This document shows, piece after piece, positions 38,760 to 52,949 of a stretch of DNA of 64,000 bases. The DNA comes from Felis catus. Lineage: Eukaryota. The stretch is taken from NCBI RefSeq assembly GCF_018350175.1, contig NC_058368.1, forward strand, positions 16,246,001 through 16,310,000. Reading direction: 5' to 3'. The notes beneath the pieces are model-generated. The model was not told where the DNA came from and did no database searches. It worked only from the letters and a program-made list of their open reading frames with translations. How positions within the stretch are numbered: the stretch's first letter is position 1; every line of letters begins with the position of its first letter. The position numbers and the translations under genes are program-made.

Positions 38760-39940
38760 GCAACTTAGATAATTTGCCTGACAGAGGAAAAGGGCAACAC
38801 TCTGGTGGAAGATATCATCTGTAATCTCAGGTTCTTTTGTACATGGTATTTATTCTGTGAGCAAATATTTGTGACAATCATAAAATTACAAAAAATATGA
38901 CTACAAATGAAAATTTTAAAAATAACTGACAACAAAGTCACAGTTAATCCAGATGTTGTAGTTAGCAGTCAATGACCTTGAAATAACTTGATTACTGTTT
39001 TCAAGAAAATAGACAAAAAGTTGGACAAAGTAGATGAAAGTATACAAATAACATCAGAAAATGATAGAATGAATCACATTGATATTCTACACTTAAAAAA
39101 ATGTGATATCTAAAATTAACAAGTCAATCGATGAGTTTACCAGCAGATTAGATGTATTAGAAAACAAGATTTGTAAAATGAAAAAAGCACAATAAAACAT
39201 AGCTGAACTGAAACAGAGAATAAAAAGCATGGAAACCACTGAACAGAGCAGAAGTGTTTGACATCCTAGAATAATGTAACATACATTAATTGAAGTCTCA
39301 GAAAAAGAGATAATAAGAAATGATATTGAAGAGTTATCAGCCAAGAAATTTTTAAAAGAAATTTTAAATGAAAGACACAATACAGCTGTGTTCAAAAGCC
39401 CAGATAACCCAGAGCTAGCAAAAAGATACCACATAATCAAATTGCTGAAAACCAAAGACAGAGAAGATCTTAAGGGCAGTCAGGAAACAAAACAAAACAA
39501 AACAAAACAAACAAACAAAAACAAAAGAAGACACATTAGTATCAAAGGAGCAAAAACTACTAACTTCTCACCAGAAGTGTTGTAAACCAGAAGATAATAT
39601 GACATAGTTGCTGAAAGAACATAATTACCATTATTATTCCATACTCTGTCAAGATATCTTTCAGAAAAGTGACATAAAGCATTTTCAGGAAGAGAGAACA
39701 TGCCATATCCAGCCTGAACCAAAGACAAAAACTAAAGGTTTTTTTTTTTTTCAGGCAGAAAATTAAAAAGTTAAAAACTCAAACGAGCAGGAGGGAGTAA
39801 AGAACAAGAGAGTAAGCATGTTGTAAACATAAATGAATATTGACTTTACTATGCCAAAATTATGTGTGCAGTCAAAATGCCTGACAATGCTAATGCAAAA
39901 GTTCAAAGTATAGGAGAATAGAGCTGAAAGGTTCTAAAAT
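38760..39940 (+). mobile_element. Ancient L1/HAL1 ORF1-region remnant
   Basis: A-rich sense strand with agcagattaga...cacataatcaaattgctgaaaaccaaagaca...aacttctcaccagaa; ORF fragment RYHIIKLLKTKDRE resembles L1 ORF1 RHIIIKLLKTKDKE. Confidence 0.65.
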
Positions 39941-41584
39941 TTGAGCAGTATTAAGCAATTGGAAACTTCTTGTCATTATCCCTGTGATTATTCTAAATTT
40001 CTGTTATTCTCTTATAACACTCTGACCAATGCCTTTCCCTTTAAACCCATGATAATAGATGAATTTACTTTCTATCATAAAGAATATTCTGACCTTTTCA
40101 TTTTGGTAGTAACTCACAAATAATAGACTATTAAAAATACTTGTTTTTCTCTAGAAATGGAATATGGAAGTGATACATTCTTTACACTGAAGTAACTTCT
40201 GTTCCTCTGCGTTGTAAACTCTTACTGGGTTCTGTTTCTTTATTGTGTGTTAAAGCCAGACGTTCCCAAAACTTTTTGCTGACTTTTTTGACATAGTTCC
40301 TAGACTTCGCATTTTTTTTTTTCCTTCACTTGTTTGTTATCAAAGCACTGATGACTTATTAGATATAGTCTTTCATATGTTCTCTGGGTTTGGCTTACAT
40401 AGGCTACTTCATAGCCTCTGAAAATTGGAAGCAATTAATATATAAGCTTGCACAGATGGTAATCAAGTGATGTTTTGGTTGTCTTGAATCCCAAAGGGAA
40501 GATCTCAGAATGTAATGGCATTTTTAAATAATGGCTCATGAAACTATGTGGATGTTCAAAAGCTATGTGGTTATTTTTTCGAGAATGAAAAGAGATCCAG
40601 ACTTGAGTCTAGATATTTCTTCTGCATATAGAAAAAATACAGTTTGGAAATGTTTTACAGAGCTTATTCCTGGTAATGGAAATAAATGTTCTCTTCTTTA
40701 GTGCCTTTTCCTCTTTTTTTTTTTTTTTTTTCCCCACTCTCCACTTGCACTCTTAGTGCCAGTGACACATAAAGCTGGATTTAGGCTTGATTTTTAATAT
40801 ATAATTCCAATTATCAATTTTACTTCATTATTTTAAGTGTCATAGGCAAAGATTTAGAGGAATTTTGATCAGAAAAAAGTAGTTTTTAAAAATCAGGGTG
40901 TTGGATAATGTAGTTTCGCAAATTTTGCATTTGCCTGACTTGTCCAAATGAAGATCTTGCCTGTCCCAAATGAGCCTGACCACAAATAAAATAATATCAA
41001 AAGCTGAATATCCATAAACAAGAGAAACAAAAGAACACCACATATCTAAAACAGGTCTTAAAAATGCATACCTGAGTAGAGAAAATTGTTTCAGGAAAAT
41101 TATTTTCTAAATTTAATTTTAATTTAATTTTCATTTTCTTTAATTCCCTTCCAGTATTAAAAAAAAAAAAAAACCTGATTTCTAGAACTATATTTCTTGG
41201 TGTGCAAAGTACATTCTCAGAGGGAAGCTTCATTTGTTTATAAAATAATGTAATCTCATTGTGGTGGCAAATTTTGAATTCTCTGTCTTGACTGTAACCA
41301 AGATGGCACAGCTGCTTTGGGGACGATCAGGAGTTAGATTCCTCGGTTCATTTCTCATTTCGCCATGAACCTGGCTTAGAGATAGGATGAGAACTGAGTA
41401 TGTGCTGCCGGAATAAGGTGAGGAGCAGGCGTAGGTGTTATGGATGTGGAAGGAGACATGGGCAAATAAACAAATGACCTCAAGGATGTGGAGGGGATCA
41501 GAGATGGATTCATCAGATGTGTCAGAAGTGAGAAGGCAGGAGACCTAAAAATCAACTGACTTCACTTTAATAAATGCAGCTCTA

Positions 41585-41800
41585 GCGGTGCCTGGGTGGC
41601 TCAGTCAGTTAAGTGTTTGACTTTGGCTCAGGTCATGATCTCGCGGTTCGTGGGTTTGAGCCACACGTGGGTTCTGTGCTGAGAGCTCAGAGCCTGGAGC
41701 CTGCTTCAGATTGTGTGTCTCCCCTTCTCTCTCTGCCCCTCCCTAGTTTGTGCCATTTGTCTGTCTCTGTCTCTCTCAACAAATAAATAAACTTAAAAAA
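41585..41800 (+). mobile_element. Can-SINE
   Basis: TSD aa(a/t)tgcagctctag. Confidence 0.94.
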
Positions 41801-42292
41801 AATTGCAGCTCTAGAATTACATTGTCTAAGACACACCGAAACTTGTGTTTTACTGTGGTTTATTCTAAGTTTTCCTATAGCAAAATGGCATGTCCTTTTA
41901 GAAGCCAACTACTCAGCCCATATATCTTTATGATTAAATAATTCTGAACATGGTAATCAGGCTCTGAATGTTTAGGATCTGTAACTAATCAGAAGTTCAC
42001 AAAATAAGGAGTAGAATATACCCGTTCTTTTCCCCTTTCATGGCAATCTGAGTGTAAAAAACAAATTCTGAATATATTTGCGGCCAGCAGACTGTTCTGT
42101 TACCTGTAGTACACTTCAGAGAACAGAAGGTATGAATAGAGAACTTGAGTAGGGAGACAGAAGTGAATAGAATATATATTTTTGAAGGTGCAATCCATTT
42201 TGAAAAAGTATACATAAGACATACATGTGCCAGGATATTTTTGTTGTTCTTTTGCCGTAGTATTTAAGGTTTGAAGAGCCTTTAAACATTTT

Positions 42293-42549
42293 GGGGTTTT
42301 TTTGTTGTTTTTTTTTTTAAATTTTTTTTCCTTTTTTCAACGTTTTTATTTATTTTTGGGACAGAGAAAGGCAGAGCATGAACCAGCGAGGGGCAGAGAG
42401 AGAGGGAGACACAAAATCGGAAACAGGCTCCAGGCTCCAGGCTCCGAGCCATCAGCCCAGAGCCTGACGCGGGGCTCGAACTCACGGACCGCGAGATCGT
42501 GACCTGGCTGAAGTCGGACGCTTAACCGACTGCGCCACCCAGGCGCCCC
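42293..42549 (-). mobile_element. Young felid Can-SINE
   Basis: CpG-rich head identical to other young copies; extra caggctc unit; TSD aacatttt. Confidence 0.95.
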
Positions 42550-43149
42550 ATTTAACATTTTGTTTTGTTTTAACACTAACACCAAAGAATACACCACATC
42601 AAAACTTGCAAGGATCGTTTTGCTTGGATTAGCCAAACAATAAAAAATACAAGTTTTCTTCAAAAAATATGCAGCCCATTTTGAAGAAAATATGGTTATT
42701 ATTACTGATACTTTTTTATTTCCCTCCAATCTTCTATCTGGTTCAAGTAGTGAATTTAAAATTTCTGTTTGGTAAGCTAATTGCAAATGTGCCAGAATTT
42801 GACATCTGCAATTCTTAGTATATGCTATGTTAAGAGAAACAAAGTGTTCTTTTAATTAGGTATGATTTCAGACCCATAAACAAAACAGTGAAGTAATTTT
42901 TTCCTTTTGCTTCCTAAGAATGGATGTTCATCCAGATCAGTAGTTCTCAAATAGTTCTTATATTGGAATTAAGATTCATTTGGAGAATGTCTATAAATTG
43001 TAAATCCTTCTTTTCTCCACCTGATACCCTTTCGAGCTTCCTTCCAGCTATATTGCTATACCCTATGTCACAAACAATTACCAGGCATTATGCTTTGTCC
43101 AGGTGCCACGAGGTGCCTTTGCTCTTGCCTTCAGGGATCTTCTGGTTTC

Positions 43150-43760
43150 GTCCAATTCTGACAAGAAAACCAATCATATGATACAATGCGATGAATGCTA
43201 TGATTTATAAAACGTGCTTTATGGAATCAGAATCTAAAATAAACAGATTAAGGAAAGCTTGCCAGAAGAGGTGCATTTGAGTTAAGAGTTGAAAGACAAG
43301 TAAATGTAAAAGGAGTTCTTACGTGAAAGGCTGTGTGTATTTACAGGTATGATTTGAGTGTTGGGATTATTGCAGAGGACACTCTGAGCAAATGTGTATT
43401 CTAAGCATATGCAAACGTATGAAGGAGGAAGAATATATCGAATAAATAAATCATTGTAGTTTGGGTAAATGGTGCATGATGAGTGAAGTGAGAGATGTTC
43501 AGTAGGTAGGGGCTGATTTAATGGTTTAAAGTAAGGAGTTCAGCCTTTATCCCGAAAACTTTAGCTTTTACCTTAAGAGATGATGAGACATTTTTAAGAT
43601 TTTGAAAGGTTTCTGATAATAAAGAAGCAAGGCTAGAGACAGTGAGAGGTTACTGTAGTAATCCAGATGAAAAATTACAGTAGAAAAATGTCATCAAAGG
43701 GATAATGAAGAAAAGGTGACAGAAAGAAAATATTGAATCCATATTTACCTCAACTGGATG
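43150..43760 (-). mobile_element. L2 LINE remnant
   Basis: ggaaagcttgccagaagaggtgcatttgagttaagagttgaaaga...taaggagttcagcctttatcc...gaggttactgtagtaatccagatga. Confidence 0.55.
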
Positions 43761-43949
43761 TATATTAGGTTTTAAAAGGTCTTTTAGATACATTTTTAAG
43801 TGGTCTATCTTCCAGAACATTTTCATTAACGGGTTGTAACTCAAAACATCTTGTTTCATATAATACTTAAAATGTACATTAATTTCTTTTTACTGAATGA
43901 TTTTAGTAACAAAATTTATAATGAAAGCTTTTCCTTAACAAATCTCTTC

Positions 43950-44810
43950 CCTTGATTTCTCAGCCTTCTTCAAGTACCGCCTCATTTTCTTTTGCCTCCA
44001 AAGACAAATTTGTCAAAATGTATCTATTTCTGCTGCTTTCATTCTCTTACTTTCCATCTTCTTGTCATTGACATTTGGCTTTTGTTCCCACCCCTTGCCA
44101 GGACCCACAGTGACATTTCTGTTGGAATATTCAAAGGGTGCACTTCTGTCATCCTTCTTCTTTTTGCCCCACTATTGACCAACACACCCGTCCACTCTGT
44201 TCTTGAGACCCTTGCTTCCCTTGAGAGTTATGATCTTGGTTTCCCCCCTACATTTGTTGTCACTGTGTCTTAGTCTCCTTTCCTAGATCCTCCTATTCTG
44301 TCTGATCTCCAGCTACTGAAGTTCTTCAGGATATATATCCTGCCTTTCTTTTCTTCCTCTTGTCCCCTAATCAAATTCATTTTATAAATTCAAAAAACAT
44401 CAATGTGTCAATGCATACACAATTTATATCAACTCTAGTTAGAGCATCTTCTCTGAATTTTTCTGTGTCAAAAAACCTATTAGATATATCCATTTGTATG
44501 TTTATAGAGATCCCAAGAGTAATCAAGTCCAAAATTTATCTCTTGATTTTTCTGTTGATCCCCTTTCTCCCAAACTTTCCTATTTTATTAAATGACTTAC
44601 CCATCAAGCCAATTACTTGAGCCAGGAACCTGGGAATTAGCCTTGATTTCTTTCTCTTCCTCTACCTTCCACCATCCACATGTCATTTCTGCCTTCAAAA
44701 TATGTGTCAAAATCATCTTCTTTTCATCCTCATTGCCACTACCTTTGTTCAGGCCACCAGGATTTCTCACCCAGGTTATCTCAGTAGCTTTCTATCTGGT
44801 TCTCATTTTT
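43950..44810 (+). mobile_element. L2 LINE remnant
   Basis: Pyrimidine-rich L2 sense motifs, e.g. gccaggaacctgggaattagccttgatttc and cattgccactacctttgttcaggccacc. Confidence 0.6.
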
Positions 44811-46609
44811 CTTTTATAGTGAACAGTACACAGATGTTCTACCACTATCCAATCAAGGAAAGCGTTACAGAGTCTTTCACCTCCTTTCTGCTTTTATAAG
44901 CAAATGGTAATCCCTGTCTTTATAAACAGAAAATAATACCTATCCTAACCTCTCCTTTTATTTATACCTGTAAATTGGAAGAAATGTTCTTTATCTGTCT
45001 TCATTTCTGCCTTCATAAACATCACCATATATTCTTTCACAGTTGGATGGAGTACATGTAAATATGTTAGCACAAAACTGAATATCTAAAGATTAATTTT
45101 TATAACTCTTATTATAACAGTGATGCATATTAGTTTTTAAAAATTATGAAGCATAAAAAGTGTTTACCAGTAAAGAGAATCACTTTTAAGATATTGCCAA
45201 AAGTTGTATTTTTTCCTACGCATACATATTTTACTCAAATGGATCCATTCTGTATGTTCTTTGTAGTAACCTGTTGTGTAACATTATTCTATTGTTCTTT
45301 GATCATTCTGTCAGATTCTTTAATGAGAGCGTATTAAAACCTTTTCTGCCTGAATATCATTCTCATAACCATAATTTAACATTTCTTTTAACTGAACTGA
45401 ACTGAAAATTTTAATAAGTATGTAGTGTGCTTTTCTATTTCTTTTAAATAAATTACTGTAAGTTGAATTACCGGGCCAAAAGATTGGCATGTTTGTAATT
45501 TTAAATGACACTTAGAAAAACTGGCTCTATTTCTGCTTTTACCAGCATAATGTAAAGGCACCCAGATGAACTGTCAGGTACGGTGAGGGGAAATAACTAA
45601 AACCACATCGTATAGAGAACAATACTAAAGTTATGATTATAAAACATTTTGTAACTTCTGTGATATGGATAACTTTTCTGTTAGTAGCCAATCATCAGAG
45701 AGTTGTTAACTGTTATGGTACATATGTAGTGGCCATAAGCCCAAAAGTTTCAGCGATAAGTATCAGGGGAAATGTCTAAAATTCACGAGAAATAATAGTA
45801 TTCTAATAAGCAGACACTAGCTTGAGTAACTCTCAGCTTGTGACTTAATAAAGACTGAAAATTTGCCTTTGGTTAATAAGTTAAATCTATGTTTTGGTGA
45901 TGAATGTTAAAATAAATTCCAACAAGTATTTTCCCAAATAGGACAGATCATTTTCCCTTTATATTATGATATACTCCGTTAAAATAGTTTATAGCTAGAA
46001 GTATCAGAGTAGCTTATAGCAGATTTTTAGATCACCCAGGTATAAATAACACCTAGATATGGAAAGGACTAATAAGGCCTTGATGATTTCTTATAAGTGA
46101 TGTGTATCTTCATATGTTTCTTACATTTTGAACAGTGACTGATGTTTTATTTAAACTATCAAATTTTGTTTTAAAAGTTATAAGAATCAGAAATTAGAAG
46201 GAAAGTTTTCACAGCTCTCATTTCCTTACCCAGACAAGGACACCTGTTCAGAAAAAGCAGTGAAGTCAGGTAAAGGGGACATCAGGTCAAGAGGCTGTTA
46301 CGCATAGGATGGGTGCAACATATATAGTAACAAATGAGGAGATAACAACAGAAACATCCAGCACCTTTCATCTCCCACTTTGAGAGAATGTCCGAACTAT
46401 GATTAGTTCTTTCAGTGCCCAGAAACTCAATTTTACCTAACCATACATATTAAAATGGTATCACACTATTAAGATCCCATGTTGTTCATCCAAACCTCAC
46501 TCTCTCTACAAAGCATAGACTCCCCTGGTTACTCTCCTATGTTATCTTGCACTTTCCACGCTGACTTTATCACACAAGTCCCCAACATGTTACACATTGT
46601 TGTACGTTG

Positions 46610-47040
46610 TGGTAGTTTTTCTTGGGAGAGATCTGGGTCTTCACAAAGTTATATGTATCCTTATTACTACATTCTCCTTCCCACAGTGACTGGTCCAAGG
46701 AGTGGACACATAACTCAGGAAAATCAGTTGGTCTCCTTTGTAGGCACTGAAATATACAGCCATTCTTTCTTCTGGGCTTTCTGGACTGGGATAATCAGTA
46801 GCCATGTTTCATACTGTGGGAACACCCAGAGACAAAAAACAAAAACGAAACATCCAGGAAGCGTTAGACTTTATTTGCACTGAGTTTCCAGTTCCAGTTT
46901 CTAAGGTTCTGGTCTACAGCTTTATTTTTGAAACTTAGGAGCTATTTTATTATATTTACTAGTATATAAACTAAAATGCTTATTGTTTTGGTTCAGTTTA
47001 TTATGTGTTGACTTTCTATTGTTTATAAGCTAATGACTCC
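46610..47040 (-). mobile_element. Old MaLR LTR remnant (MLT1J/K-like)
   Basis: cacagtgactggtccaaggagtggacacataactcagg...aatcag motif. Confidence 0.4.
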
Positions 47041-47999
47041 TGAAAAATAAACACATGAATAAAAAAACTAAGAAGTTTGGGTTTAAAAAAGTAATGTGTA
47101 ATATTCAATTAGATAATGTGAGAGCGTGACATTTAACTTAAAAATTTTAGCTCTCATTTGTAGGGATTCATAATATCGAGAGAAATGGCATACTGCATTA
47201 AATTTAGTATCATTCTGAATTCTGTGTCCATGCATTTGTATATGCTCTGTGCACAGGCCTGACAAGTATTTATTATTATGCTTATGAATGTATAATGATT
47301 TCAGTATTTTTAGAATAAAATTCTATAAGTTTATGAATTTTCAGGAGCTTATATTTGTCCTTGGGTCTGTGTTAGTGAGATCAGCATCATAATGGGGCTA
47401 TCACTTTTGCCAAATGCAATTGTTCATTAACAACACACTACTAAAAACCAAATAATTTCTCAAAACCCCAAAATGGTAAAAATATGTAGTGATTTCAAAG
47501 TAATATCTCTGTGTGAAATGTTCTTCTTGCTGAAGGAAAGAAAAAGGACATGTGGAGTTCCCAGAACTATGTTCAACCTGACATTGATTATGGGCTTGTG
47601 AGCTTTACCAATATGAAAATGAGCAGGAAGCTGAGTTTTTGTACATGAGAAGGACAGAATCTAATGATGGTTGGCTAATATAAAAAGACTTTGAAGGAGA
47701 ATTTAAATAAAACTTGTAACTCTTAGACATTTTCCTGTGACCAATAATGACCAACAGATGTATACAGATGAACAACAGCTTGAGAAGATCTTGAGACCAC
47801 TTTTTCCCTACAAATGCCTTGTGAACAGCCTTACTGTTGAGGAATGACTGTTAAAAATGGAGAGAAAGTGGACTGATTCACAGCTGGAAACACTACAACT
47901 TTGATTTAGGAGAAGTTGCTGAAAGGTATTCAATAAAATTTTGAACAAACAAAAGTATTTATTTCTCTTTTTTTCCAAAAGTATTTATTTCAATCATAA

Positions 48000-48700
48000 T
48001 TAAGTATAATCTATGTAAAACTCACCTGATTAGGAGCCATAGGGATTTTCAGAAGATTAAAAAAGTGGCACTTTCTCTAAAATCTAACACTTTGTAGGAA
48101 AAGTGACCATGAATATATAGCTTTATGTTTGCTGAATGAATTACCATAGGAGAAATTAAGATTGGCTATAATGTGTGACAAAACAGAGGTTCCACTAAAG
48201 CAGTATGTGAGATTAGAAGAGGAAAGGAGGGTTGACTAGACAAATCAAGATGGGTGCCATGGACAAGGTGTTATGGATTGAGCTGAGGCTTCACAGCATA
48301 AAGAGGAAAGAAATGTGGTAAACATCATAATAGGCACGTCTAGGAGGTCAGGAGTAATACGGTCAGTTGGTGTATTCAGGATTTGTCAAGTGAGTGTAAG
48401 GTTAGGTTAATGTTGATAGGCATCCTGTATGCCTCAAAAGAAATTTAGACTTTCTTCTCTAGTTAAGTGAAAGTGTTCAAAGTTGCTGAGCAATGGAGTG
48501 ATGCTATCAGAGTTGGATTTTAGGAATAAAAATGAGTTGAGTTTTTACACAGGAAATAGGACCAAGAAAGAGACCCTAGAAGAATGATGCCCAGTTGGGA
48601 AAATATTGCTATAGTCCAGAAAATAAATCATAAGGATCCAAAGGATAGTAATGAGACTCAAGGCCAGATTCAGGGAAAACTGAGAAAAGAGATTCAGCAA
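48000..48700 (-). mobile_element. L2 LINE remnant
   Basis: tgagctgagg...gaaatttagactttcttct...gagcaatggagtgatgctatcagagttggattttagga...attgctatagtccag. Confidence 0.5.
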
Positions 48701-49589
48701 ACTTGAGCACAGGGTTCAAAATTAGTCTCCACATTAAAATAGCCTAGAAGTCTGGGAAAAGAGAAGCAAACAAAAACTATGGCTCAAGTGCTTGAAATTC
48801 AAGGATTGAATTTAGGAGAAATTAAATTGCGTTCTCTTAGAGCAAGATAAATTAGTTAATTTCAATATTTTTAAAAATGAAATGATGTCTTGCTTTGCCA
48901 TATTAAGAAAAATATAGATTTTTATGATAAAGTTTTAGCCTAATAAACAGTTTCTGAAGTTTAATCAAATAAGTTCGAGCTCCTTTTCAGAAATAATTCA
49001 TTCAGCACTTGTTAAAATTCCTTTAATTGAGCTGGATACTTAATTTATACGTTGTTTATTGATCCTACTTCTGTTCAGTTTTTTTTAATTCACATGGAAT
49101 ATTTCTTTTTGGAAAAATCATTCATTGAGTTTATTCTTGGATTGCTTGATAGGATATAAATGAATTATCTAAATTATTGATGTCACTATTCCCCCGATGT
49201 TTTTTCTTTCATACAATTAGGAAGAACAAATGTGCTAATTCAAGTACTGTCATTTCAAGCCTGGATATTATTTTAATGATGACTTTGTATGTAGGTATCA
49301 TTTGTAATTAGGCATAATGCCTTTCTAGGTTTTTTGAATAAGCTACTTCTAAAAATGGAATATTTCTTTAGAAGTAATATACATTTAGAAGTAATATACA
49401 TACCTGGAATAGCAGGTATGTATGTTCTTGAAACATATACAATAGAGTTCTAATGTTATCAATAAGCTTCCTTTATTGAAGCAGCCAGCTCCTCCTCGCA
49501 CAAGGCATTAGCGCCTCACTAGTTTTCTGCTGATTCCTCCAGATGACCTGTCTTCAGTGTCTCAATTTCACTTTGCTTTTATTTCTTCT

Positions 49590-49998
49590 TCTTTTCTTTT
49601 TAATTTATTTATTTAAATTCAAGTGAGTTATCATACAGTGTATGATGCAGAGTATCATACAGTGTAGCATTGGTAGAACCCAGTGATTCATCACTTACGT
49701 ATAATACCAGTGCTCCTCCCAACAAGTGCCCTCCTTAATGCCCATTATCCATTTAGCCCATCCCCTCACCTCCCTCCCTTCCAGCAGCCATCAGTTTGTT
49801 CTCTGTATTTAAGAGTCTCTTATGGTTTGCCTCCCTCTCTGTTTTATATTGTTTTTCCTTCCCTTCCCCTATTTTCATCGTTGTTTCTTAAATTTCACAT
49901 ATGAGTGAAATTATATGATATTTGTCTCTCTGACTAACTTATTTTGCTTAGCATAATACACTCTAGTTCCACCCACGTTGTTGCAAATACAAGATTTC
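49590..49998 (-). mobile_element. Carnivore-specific L1 3' fragment (5'-truncated)
   Basis: T-rich tail, gtgattcatcactta...aagtgccctccttaatgcccat...cacatatgagtgaaattatatg...ttagcataatacactctagttcc. Confidence 0.85.
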
Positions 49999-51747
49999 AT
50001 ACATGGAATATTTCTTTTCTTTCCAAATTAAGTGTTCTTGTCAATTACTTGAAGCTTGTAATTATGGAATTGTTCTATTTATCTTTCATTGAATTCCATA
50101 ATTACTCTTTATTTTTCATATTATTCTGTGTTTCCATAGCTTTTTGTGAGACTTCATAAAAGTTTAGATGTATTAGTTTATTGCATTATTTCTGAAACAG
50201 CTTTATTCAAACAGCCTTATTCACATATGGTCTAGTTTTCCAAGTGTTGTTTTTGGAAGTTAGGTTAGTTAGAAAATTACCAGTCTTTTCTCACCATACT
50301 GTAGAAATTTCATCAATCAATATTTATCAGATGTTATATAAAACCTTTCAAAGACCCCACAGAAGACAATGAGCCTATATTTAAGAAAAATGGATATACT
50401 TAAAATTTTAAGAGCTATTATTTTCAGTGTATTTTTTTGATGAAAAGAAATATCTGTTCGGATAAGTGCAAAAGAAATCTCAAAAAATAAAATTCAACTA
50501 CTATTTCCTTTTGACAATTTCTTATTGGTTTATGTTTGACACGTGTGCACATTATATCACAATGACACTAGCTCTAAGATATTTTATCTTGAATTCCTTT
50601 TCTGTTACTTATGATAGATCTGGTGCATCTCTTCAACATTTTCCCATCTGGCTGTTCTTATGATGAGCAATTTCCAGAAAATATATAGATCATAACAAAT
50701 CTTAAAAGCAAGACCCCAATGGATCAAACTGTTTCAAGTTAACAACATTCTAGAACAAAATTCAAGAACATTCATAGGAATACAAAATATGCAGTACCCA
50801 ACAAGACAAAATTTACAATCTGGCAACAAACCAAAGATTACCAGGTGTGAAAAGAAACATGAATATATGCTGAATAATGAGAAGAATAATCAGTTCATTG
50901 AACTGACCCAGAACTGACACAATTGATAGAGGATATTGAAGCAGTTACTATAATTATATTTCATATGTTCAAAAAGTTATGGAGAGACATGCAAGATGCA
51001 AAAATATCAAAATAGGATTTCTAGAGGTGAAAACCACAACATCTGAAATGAAAAATGCAGTATGGATTCAGGAGCAAATTATGTTACAGAAGAAACGGTT
51101 AATGAATATGAAGACACAAAAATAGAAACTTTCTAAAAAGAAAGGCACACAAATAAAATAAAAATTAAAAAAATAAAAGAACAACAGTGAGCTGTGTGAC
51201 ACTTTAAAAGCAGTTTAATATATATGTAATCCCAGAAGGGAGGGAACAGAACAATCCCTGGTGACTGAGAAAAGTCAAATTTGATAAAAATTCTAAACCT
51301 ACAGATCCAAGAAACTCAACACTTTCAACATGAGAAAAACCACACCAATGCACATCATAATTACATTTTTCAAAACCAGTGATAAAAAGAAAATCTTAGA
51401 GCAGTGATAAAGAAGGAAAAAAGGTCATATATAAAGCAAATAAAAAACAAGACGAGAAGAAAAATTGCAGTGAAATAACATCTTTACAATAGTGTAAATA
51501 AAAACTGTCAACCTAGAATTGCATATCCAGCAATATTTTTCAAAAACAAAGATGACATAATGATCTTTTGCAGGCAGAAAAATTTAAACTATTGCCAGCA
51601 TATTTGCACAAAAGAAATGTTAAGAAAAGAAAAATGATACCAGATGGAAATATGGATCTACCAAAGGAACAAAGAGCACAAGAAATAGTCACTACATGTG
51701 TAAATAGATAATATTTTTCTTATTCCAATTTATTAAAAAGATAAATC

Positions 51748-51938
51748 ACTTTAAAAAATGTTTATTTATTTTGAGAAAGAGAGAGCAGTAGAGGGGTAGA
51801 GGGGTAGAGAGAAAATCCCATGAGGCTGCACACTCATCACAGAGCCAGACACGGGGGTCTATCTCACAAACCATGAGATTATGACCTGAGCTGATTTCAA
51901 GAGTCAGTCGCTTAACTGACTGAGCCACCCAGACGCCT
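51748..51938 (-). mobile_element. Can-SINE nested in L1
   Basis: TSD aaaagataa. Confidence 0.9.
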
Positions 51939-52745
51939 CAAAAGATAACTGATTTTTAAAGCATATTTAGAAAGAAAATTATAAAGTACTTTGAAGTGAA
52001 TGAAAATTAAAATATATAAAAAATCTTTGAGATAATACTGAACAATTCTTGGTGGAGGAATTTATACCACTACACTCTGGTAGTAGAGAAAAGAAAGTTC
52101 TTAAATCAATGACTTCAGCTTCTACTTGAGAAACTAGAAAATAAAAATAAAATTAAAATTAAAGCAAAAGGAAGACAATAATAAGAAGTGAAAATCAATG
52201 AAATAGAGAACAGAAACAGTATAGAAAATCAATGAAAACCAATAAAATTGATTGATGTCTAGCTGGATTGTTTAGGAAGAAGAGAAGACAAAAATTACCA
52301 AAATCAGGCATGAGAGAGGTGACATCACTAAAGAGGTGATATCACTAAAGATATTTAAGTGATAATAACGGAATATTTTGAACAACACTATACCAATAAA
52401 TTTGAAAATTGTTTGAGATGGACAAGTTCCTTGAAAGATACAAAGTACTAATCCCATTCAAGAGGAAATAGGTAATCCAAATAGCCCTATTGAATTGTAC
52501 CTAAAAATCATTCTTCAAAAACAATTCTAAGCATAGATGTCCTCACTGGTGAATTCTACCAAACGTTTAAGGAGAAAAAAAAAATTACCAGTTCTATAGA
52601 CACTTTCTAAAAACTGAAGAGAAGAGAATTCTTTACAACTCATCTTGTGAAGTTTGCATTACCATAATACCAAACTCAGTCAAAAAAAATTACAATAAAA
52701 CATAACAATAGATGAGTGTCCTTCATGAACATACATGTAAAAATT

Positions 52746-52949
52746 ATTTTTTTATTATTTTTGATTTGAGAGAGAGAGAGAGAGCACAAGGGGAAAGGCG
52801 GAGGAAGGGACAGAGGTAGAGACAATATCACACGGGCTTTGTGCTCAGTGCAGAGCCTGACGTGGGGCTCAATCCCATGACGCTGGGATCATGACCTGAG
52901 CCGAAATCAAGAATTGGAGGCTCAACCAACTGAGCCAACCAGGTGCCCC
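52746..52949 (-). mobile_element. Can-SINE nested in L1
   Basis: TSD ac(a/g)tgtaaaaatt. Confidence 0.92.

Noticed and set aside
46479..46883. 134-aa plus-strand ORF
   Set aside because: Overlaps a probable MaLR LTR remnant and has no recognisable homology.
2130..52350. Short 15-20 bp tandem duplications (about 2131-2166, 47951-47990, 49367-49401, 49629-49667, 52313-52348)
   Set aside because: Ordinary slippage-type microduplications with no evident functional context.
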